Assembly: GCA_044345405.1 (NCBI GenBank)
Contig: JBIJBE010000064.1
Span: forward strand, 1-13,334
DNA length: 13,334 bases
Source: Bdellovibrionota bacterium
GTDB lineage: Bacteria; Bdellovibrionota_C; UBA2361; OMII01
Reading direction: 5' to 3'
The translations under genes were made by a program, and so were the position numbers. This document shows, piece after piece, positions 7,776 to 13,334 of this stretch. The notes under the pieces were generated by a model. The model had not been told where the DNA came from. It worked only from the letters and a program-made list of their open reading frames with translations, and ran no database searches. Within the stretch, counting starts at the first letter, position 1, and the number at the start of each line of letters is the position of its first letter.

Positions 7776-7909
7776 CGATCGGCGCATCCCCCTAAAAAGC
7801 ACAGAGAGACTACAGCACCGCCCGTTGAGGCTTGCGGGGCGTCACGCTTTTGGGCAGGCTCCTTCCATCCCCCCGTCGTACCGGATTATGTTTCGTATGG
7901 ATAGCAACC

Positions 7910-8908
7910 ATGGCACGGGCTCAACACTCTACAACCCTCAGGCTTACCACGCAGGAGCTCATCGAGAGCGCTCGCACGTCTATCGACGGCATCGTTATTC
8001 GTGAGGCTATAAACCGAATTGAGGAATCCCCACTCTCCTCCGAGGAGAAGAACGAAGCCATAGTCATGCTCGCCACGACCCACGGCGACAAACCCATCGT
8101 GGTGACTCGGTGCCTCTCAGGCTTAGCGCGAACTGAAGCACCCCAGCTGCGGGCGCTGTGCAGAACTCTGATTAACGCGCCGTTCGACCCTGACAAAGAG
8201 GATGTTGTGGCGTATGCGACAACACTTCTCGCCCCCATGCCGAATCCCGAACGAGTGGATATGCTGTTATTAGCGAAGGCCGTCGATCACCGTTCACTCA
8301 CCATCAGAAACGCGGCGCGTATCGCTATCGAGCAACTTCCCAAACAGTGCGCGGCAGCGCTGCTCACGCTGGCGAAAGAGATTCCGGAAAAGCCCCCAAT
8401 CTCACTTCTAAAAAGACACATTACGGGTATCGACTGGCGAGTAGCGCTCATTCCTCCGCCGCGCCCGCCTCGGAGTGAAGCGGAAGTCTCCACATCCCCA
8501 AAGCTTCGCCCTCAAAAAGAAACCGGGGGAAGAAACGTTTCGTCGGGACGAGAGCCCGAGCGGAAAGCGCCGCTCCCCTCACTATCCGAGAGGAGGGACG
8601 CCGAAGCCGCAGCTCCCCCCTCTCCTTCCACCAGGGTACGAGGAGACCTGCCCGATCTCCATGCGCACCGCCTCCCGGAGTTCGCCCTCGCATCCGATAG
8701 CCTTCTTGCGAACGAGGTCGTGATGAGCCAAGACTACCGACGGATCGCTGCGGCACTCGCTGAGCTCACCGTTAGAAACGGGGCAAAGAGCGCCCATCAA
8801 TTCAACAGCCGGCTTATCTACGCCCTTACAGACCCGGGTAACAACGAGAAGGCCCGGTTTGAGGATATTGCGCTCTGGTGCTACCCGGAGGGCAACGAGT
8901 CGCGCTAA
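7910..8908 (+). CDS. Hypothetical protein: helical/HEAT-like N-terminal region, Pro-rich linker, helical C-terminal domain
   Basis: Long ORF filling the gap between genes (track start 7832; ATG 7910 more plausible). LLLAKAVDHRSLTIRNAARIAIEQL is HEAT-like; PPPRPPRS...APPSPST is low complexity. No family recognised. Confidence 0.65.
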   Translation: MARAQHSTTLRLTTQELIESARTSIDGIVIREAINRIEESPLSSEEKNEAIVMLATTHGDKPIVVTRCLSGLARTEAPQLRALCRTLINAPFDPDKEDVVAYATTLLAPMPNPERVDMLLLAKAVDHRSLTIRNAARIAIEQLPKQCAAALLTLAKEIPEKPPISLLKRHITGIDWRVALIPPPRPPRSEAEVSTSPKLRPQKETGGRNVSSGREPERKAPLPSLSERRDAEAAAPPSPSTRVRGDLPDLHAHRLPEFALASDSLLANEVVMSQDYRRIAAALAELTVRNGAKSAHQFNSRLIYALTDPGNNEKARFEDIALWCYPEGNESR

Positions 8909-8982
8909 CGTTCGACGATTCGAGGTTGTGTGATCTCCACCCAACCATATATACCGATCGTGTTTCACGTTAGTGCGCATCG

Positions 8983-10281
8983 ATGCCAACTCAACCTCAA
9001 CCCGTCTCACGATCAACGCGAATAGCGTGCCTTGTGGTCGCTCTCCTGAGCGTCGGAGCCCTCGTCTATCCCCCGTTACCCCTCCTCACACTCCTAGCGG
9101 ACTCAGAGCAATATCGAGAGAGTGGTGCTGCGCTCCTCTCAGGAGAGGTCCTGAGAGCCAACAGTGACCATCGGAACACCCAACACATCGCGGTCGCGCT
9201 TCGCCCGCCACTCTTTCCCCTATTTCTCGGCATCACCTCTCGTCTCCCGTTCCTGGCCCCAGACACCGCGCTTATCACGGCACACATAGTTCTCGGAGCG
9301 CTCCTTCTAATGACGGCTCCCCTCCTGCTGCGCAGGTCGGTGCCTCCACTCCTCACCACAATGGCCACAGGATTTGCGCTCTACGCAGTCAAACAGGTGG
9401 CGTGGGGGGTGATGAGTGAGTGGCTCGCGATGTGGCTACTCCTACTCGCCGCCGTCCTCTACCTGTCGTGGGTATCTCGGGCCTCCCCTCGGCTCGCTCT
9501 TGCGGTGTCGGTGTGCGTCTCTCTCGCCATCCTCACCCGCACGGCTCTCCTTCCATGGCTCGGCCTCCTCCTAGTCATGGTCCCGCAAGCTCCTCGAGGA
9601 GCGCGTAGGGTCACCGCTACCGCGTTAGGAGCTGGGCTACTTCCGCTCCTTCTATGGGGAGCGATTAATCTTTACCGCACCGGCACCTTTTCAATTTTTC
9701 CCTACGAGGGACTTAATCTTGTCGCGACCGCGCGATCGCTCGGGACCATCCCCACGGCCCCCAACGACTCAGAGATACAGCGACGTGTCATCTCCAAGAT
9801 AAATGAACGTGGCGTCACAGCACCGGATTCAGCTTTCACCCCATCCACGGTACATCAATGGAACGGAGAATTTTACGAGGCGTTTCACACCAACTTTAAC
9901 GTTACGACCGACACCGTTCACGCACTTGAAAACCCAAGCTTAGCTCGTCCATCCACACTGGCGGCGCGCGGATTACGAGCTCACGAGGAACGCTATCACC
10001 TCTTCCTTTGGGGTGGCGCGCGCACACTTACCATCGACTACCTTCCACTCATCCTGGTCTGCGCGATGGCAACCGCCTGGCTCGCTCGCAAAGCACCCGA
10101 GGCTAGGCGGTGGGGTCTCGGGGTACTAACCCTCTGCGTCCTCTCACTCACCTACCTGGCCGTCATCTTCGGCACCATGCTATGGCTTCACCGGTACGTT
10201 ATCCCAGTGCAACCTATCATCCTTTTTTGTCTGATGGTCTCGACAGGAAGACTTCTCATTCCCATCGCGCGGCGAAGGTGA
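8983..10281 (+). CDS. Polytopic membrane protein, GT-C-fold (ArnT/PMT-like) glycosyltransferase candidate
   Basis: Many hydrophobic segments. DSEQY after TM1, RPPLFPLFL, MSEWL, LAILTR, a large soluble loop and a late RYVIPV are motifs typical of GT39/GT83-like proteins. Confidence 0.7.
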   Translation: MPTQPQPVSRSTRIACLVVALLSVGALVYPPLPLLTLLADSEQYRESGAALLSGEVLRANSDHRNTQHIAVALRPPLFPLFLGITSRLPFLAPDTALITAHIVLGALLLMTAPLLLRRSVPPLLTTMATGFALYAVKQVAWGVMSEWLAMWLLLLAAVLYLSWVSRASPRLALAVSVCVSLAILTRTALLPWLGLLLVMVPQAPRGARRVTATALGAGLLPLLLWGAINLYRTGTFSIFPYEGLNLVATARSLGTIPTAPNDSEIQRRVISKINERGVTAPDSAFTPSTVHQWNGEFYEAFHTNFNVTTDTVHALENPSLARPSTLAARGLRAHEERYHLFLWGGARTLTIDYLPLILVCAMATAWLARKAPEARRWGLGVLTLCVLSLTYLAVIFGTMLWLHRYVIPVQPIILFCLMVSTGRLLIPIARRR

Positions 10282-10282
10282 A

Positions 10283-11629
10283 CTACAACGAGTTCAAGAA
10301 ATCGAGCAGGGAGCGTCGCTCCCCTTTCGGAAGCGCCTTAAAAGCTTTTTGAGAGGCGGCGGCCTCACCGTCGTGCCACAGGATCGCCTCCTCAATCGAG
10401 CGCGCCCGACCATCGTGGAGGTAGACAGGCCTCGCGTTGCCTAACTGACGCACGAACCCCAAGCCCCATAACGGCGTGGTTCTCCACTCCCGACCGTTAG
10501 CGGAGAACTCACTCCAACCATCGGCGAGGGCTGTCCCCATATCGTGCAACAGGAGATCAGTGAACGGGTGGATAGTTTGGTTAGATAATTCGCTATCCTG
10601 ATGAGTACCTGTGGTTACGGTCATTTTGTGGCAGGAGTCGCACCGCAGCCGTTGAAAGATCGCTTTACCCGCCACCACCCCGGTCGCTTCCTGGGATCGA
10701 GCTTTTGGGACCCCCGCCAGCCGAAGATAGACCGCTATCGAATGCAGCACCTCAAGGGGTTGTTCCGCTGGCTCGTCATCGGCGCCAAAGAGCGGGTTCG
10801 TGATGTTCATATCTTGGTAAAGCGCCGAACCGCTTTGCTGCACGACCGTCGAATGCGTCGCCTTAAAACCGAACCGCCCCACCGAGTACCCGCCGGAGGA
10901 GTCGTCTTTGACCCAATTAACGCGGCCGGAGATTCCGTCGCGGTTAGCGTCTTGCGGATCGCTCCAACGCGCTATGTCAGCGGCCGGTATCGCCTCGAGA
11001 AGACCCAATCCGATCATCGGGGGAGACATACGAAGCGAGGAGATCGTCCCACGAGGAAGCTTGAAGGCCTTCGGAAGAATGAGGCGAGGCTTGCGCAGCG
11101 TGTACTTTGTGCCGTCAGGATAGCGTCCCTTGATAACGTCCCACTCAACAGATACCGTTTTTTTTATCGGCTTTGAAATCGACTGATCGAGGATCTGCCC
11201 TCCAAAACCCCGAAGCTCTGGAGCGCTTCCATCCGCCAAGAGCCCTCGAGGCTTTACCTTCACCACCATTGAGCTACCGTTTCGCGAGGGCGATCCGAAT
11301 GCGGTAGGGCCCTTTCCGTTATTGACGTGACACCCCGCGCACGAAGCATTGACGAACCCAGGCCCCAACCCGTCCTTCGTCGTCGTGATACGATGAAACA
11401 GGGTAAACCCAGCGGTCTGAGCCGAGATCTTGTCAGGGTCGGTCACGTTAGGAGCGGTCGCCTGAATGGCGTGCCGTCCGGGAAGATCGGTAGAAAGAGC
11501 GCCACCAAGATTCGTGAGGTCCTCCGATCGGCACGGGGAAACCACCCCCTCCCCACAGAGGAGAATCGCCGACAAAAGTAGTGCTAACGATACCCTACGA
11601 CTCATATACTCATTGTGCGACATTCCCAT
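10283..11629 (-). CDS. Di-haem oxidoreductase (DHOR, putative thiol oxidoreductase/peroxidase), exported c-type cytochrome
   Basis: Signal-like N-terminus and two CxxCH motifs (CAGCH, CDSCH). Also DGLGP, DPQDANRDGISGR, GRFGFKA, PFTDLLLHDMG, EWRTTPLWGLG and YLHDGRARSIEEAILWH. True start may be ATG 11605. Confidence 0.92.
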   Translation of the reverse strand: MGMSHNEYMSRRVSLALLLSAILLCGEGVVSPCRSEDLTNLGGALSTDLPGRHAIQATAPNVTDPDKISAQTAGFTLFHRITTTKDGLGPGFVNASCAGCHVNNGKGPTAFGSPSRNGSSMVVKVKPRGLLADGSAPELRGFGGQILDQSISKPIKKTVSVEWDVIKGRYPDGTKYTLRKPRLILPKAFKLPRGTISSLRMSPPMIGLGLLEAIPAADIARWSDPQDANRDGISGRVNWVKDDSSGGYSVGRFGFKATHSTVVQQSGSALYQDMNITNPLFGADDEPAEQPLEVLHSIAVYLRLAGVPKARSQEATGVVAGKAIFQRLRCDSCHKMTVTTGTHQDSELSNQTIHPFTDLLLHDMGTALADGWSEFSANGREWRTTPLWGLGFVRQLGNARPVYLHDGRARSIEEAILWHDGEAAASQKAFKALPKGERRSLLDFLNSL

Positions 11630-11893
11630 AATCGTGACGCATAGGAACCCATTGAAGTATCGGCGCTTTTCCCGATCAATCCAATCCCTTGCCGCGACAA
11701 TCCCTCTACTCTCTATTGTAACGACTCTTCCTCACGGATCGCAAAAGAGAATCCGCCTCCAATCCCCTGGAATCATTAGGCACCATAGCCCAAGGACGCG
11801 CATGATGATGATGACGGGGATTTTACCCCTTGCCGGCGTATCCCCCCTTTGGAACGATGCGGACGTCTAGGCAATCGCTTTTTCAAGGACTCT

Positions 11894-12511
11894 ATGATGA
11901 AACGCCTCTTCGCTCTCCTTGCGGTATCGACAACGACCATCGCGACATCCGTGAGCGCGCAACCCCTCATGACCTATACGTATGCCGACGTGGCGTACCA
12001 GTGGACCTACATTAACGAGGACGGCTTAGACAACGCCAACGGCGTAGACGTCCAACTCTCGGCGTCTCCAGTGGAACATTTCGCCCTGGAGGGCGGCTAC
12101 AATTATGCCGCTACCGGATTTTCGTCATCGGATATGTTTCAAACGTACTCAGTGGATATAAACACGAACGTGTTCACGTATGGCGGCGCTGGATGGTACA
12201 CGATTCAGGATGGCCTCGACATCGTCGCTCGCGTTGGTGGGATCCACGCTCGTGCTGACTTCTCGGGATACGGAGAGTCAGGGAGCACGAGTGATAACGG
12301 GGTGTACACCGGACTCACCCTTCGCTACCTCGCGCTTGAGGATCTTGAGACCGACCTTAACGTAACCTACGACCGTATTGACACTGGATCCTGGACCTAC
12401 AGCGCCACCGCGCTGTATGCGGTTCACGAGAACGTCGCCTTGAAGGGAGACGCTGGAATCGACGATAACGGTGACGTGGGGCTTCTCGCGGGTGTCCGTT
12501 TATCTCTCTAA
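11894..12511 (+). CDS. Outer-membrane beta-barrel protein (small, Ax21/OmpA-TM-like)
   Basis: SD AAGGA before ATGATG at 11894. Sec signal MMKRLFALLAVSTTTIATSVSA, then mature TYTYADVAY, alternating Gly/aromatic-rich strands and C-terminal strand LAGVRLSL. Confidence 0.8.
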   Translation: MMKRLFALLAVSTTTIATSVSAQPLMTYTYADVAYQWTYINEDGLDNANGVDVQLSASPVEHFALEGGYNYAATGFSSSDMFQTYSVDINTNVFTYGGAGWYTIQDGLDIVARVGGIHARADFSGYGESGSTSDNGVYTGLTLRYLALEDLETDLNVTYDRIDTGSWTYSATALYAVHENVALKGDAGIDDNGDVGLLAGVRLSL

Positions 12512-12547
12512 ACGAGGGAAGCTTCGCCACTGGCAAAGCGACCTTCC

Positions 12548-12573
12548 AAGCGCCCCATGCGGGCGCTTTTTTT
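12548..12573 (+). terminator. Intrinsic terminator after the beta-barrel gene
   Basis: AAGCGCCC-catgc-GGGCGCTT followed by a T run, in the convergent gap. A second imperfect hairpin, GCTTCGCC-act-GGCAAAGC (12521-12539), lies just upstream. Confidence 0.8.
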
Positions 12574-13162
12574 ATGAGAGCGCCCGAACAAGCGCGGCGA
12601 GCGCCCGAAAACGGTGAGAACCCTCGAACCCCTCACGCACCAACTTCCCGATCGGATCTGAGCTACCAAAGGGATAAAAGAAATCTCCGAATGGGAGGGG
12701 CTTCGAGGTACCGCGTGGCACGATCATATCGCGAAGCTCTCCCTCTATCGTACCGTGGGTAACGATAGAGCGGCCCGAAGGATCCGCATACGCCATCGCG
12801 CACACAAAACGCGCGGGAAGCCGGCGAAAAATCCCAATCTCCTCGATGACCCGGGCGAGCCCCCAACGGGCGGTGTGAATACCTGGAAGGTCTCCAAGCA
12901 TCGGAATCTCTAATCCCGTATCGTCCGCAAGGCACGGCCGGTTGAAGTGCTTGGCGTATGACTCCGCCTTCAGTAAGGCGTTTCCACTATAGGTGTCCGC
13001 GACCTCCGGAACCTCGGGAGCCGGCCCCAGCGCCACGAGGTGCGGGTCCGCGAGGCCTATCACTGCGAATCCAAGGCGAGACGCGAAACGGCTTATCTCA
13101 TCGAGCTTGCCGAGATTAGAGGTTCCTACGAGGAGTGGTCGCGCCAATTCGGGTGGAAGCAT
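12572..13162 (-). CDS. rdgB: Ham1/RdgB-family non-canonical purine NTP pyrophosphatase (divergent)
   Basis: GTSNLGKLDEI, PEVADTYSGNALLKA, LADDTGL...LGDLPGIHTARW, ARFVC and SHRFRAL. GAGG upstream of the ATG. Confidence 0.85.
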   Translation of the reverse strand: MLPPELARPLLVGTSNLGKLDEISRFASRLGFAVIGLADPHLVALGPAPEVPEVADTYSGNALLKAESYAKHFNRPCLADDTGLEIPMLGDLPGIHTARWGLARVIEEIGIFRRLPARFVCAMAYADPSGRSIVTHGTIEGELRDMIVPRGTSKPLPFGDFFYPFGSSDPIGKLVREGFEGSHRFRALAALVRALS

Positions 13163-13192
13163 AGAGCCTCGTCATATCATCTTACTCGCCCG

Positions 13193-13204
13193 CCACTATA
13201 GTGG
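13193..13204. promoter_or_regulatory. Perfect 12-bp palindrome in divergent promoter region (candidate operator)
   Basis: CCACTATAGTGG within the 55-bp gap between the rdgB-like and mgtC-like starts, directly adjacent to TACTAT (-10-like). Confidence 0.4.
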
Positions 13205-13217
13205 TACTATATCCTTT

Positions 13218-13334
13218 ATGGAATCTGATATCCTCGCCTCCATCCTTACCCCTTCCACGACACAACTCTTGGTCGCGGCCCTCCTAGGAATGCTGATAGG
13301 TCTTGAGCGCGAGGTGGCTGGCAAGGATCCGAGT
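13218..13334 (+). CDS. MgtC/SapB family membrane protein, 5' fragment
   Basis: Hand translation MESDILASILTPSTTQLLVAALLGMLIGLEREVAGKDPS; LLGxxIGLERE..K is the MgtC N-terminal signature. Runs off the right edge. Confidence 0.8.
   Translation, partial: MESDILASILTPSTTQLLVAALLGMLIGLEREVAGKDPS

Noticed and set aside
7776-7909. Possible structured RNA (CGCCC/GGGCG and AAAAGC/GCTTTT stems), e.g. SRP RNA near ffh
   Set aside because: Lacks the SRP domain IV CAGG...GGAA...AGCAG signature; stems are short and expected by chance. An Rfam scan would settle it.
8924-8947. Hairpin GGTTGTGTG/CACCCAACC after the hypothetical gene
   Set aside because: Imperfect stem without a U-tract; insufficient to call a terminator.
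10601-11176. 191-aa Arg-rich plus-strand ORF
   Set aside because: Entirely antisense to the well-supported DHOR gene; composition typical of an off-frame ORF.
11769-11815. AATCATTAG and (ATG)4 as a Fur box or phase-variable repeat
   Set aside because: Only a partial half-site match with no full 19-bp Fur dyad; four trinucleotide units are too few to support slippage.

Overview
Bacterial chromosomal window of mostly housekeeping and envelope genes, moderately GC-rich. The trmD plus PF09936-type methyltransferase pairing is consistent with a deltaproteobacteria-like lineage, but this is inference only. On the minus strand at the left, a purine phosphoribosyltransferase (hpt-like) is translationally coupled to a Wzt/Wzm-type glycan-export ABC transporter; the permease runs off the left edge. 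On the plus strand follow a DUF4177-like lipoprotein, an M48 metallopeptidase lipoprotein with an SH3-like tail, ffh, rpsP, trmD, a SPOUT RNA methyltransferase, a hypothetical protein and a GT-C-like membrane protein. Then come a minus-strand di-haem oxidoreductase (DHOR), a plus-strand outer-membrane beta-barrel, a divergent minus-strand Ham1/RdgB pyrophosphatase and the start of an MgtC/SapB gene. The most striking unexplained signal is a non-coding element between ffh and rpsP (5778-5938): two inverted arms, each made of seven degenerate CGTNNN hexamers, around a 77-nt spacer. Also notable are the absence of khpA, rimM and rplS from the rpsP-trmD cluster, and altered base-recognition motifs in both purine enzymes. 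I recognised no rRNA, tRNA, CRISPR array or transposase.
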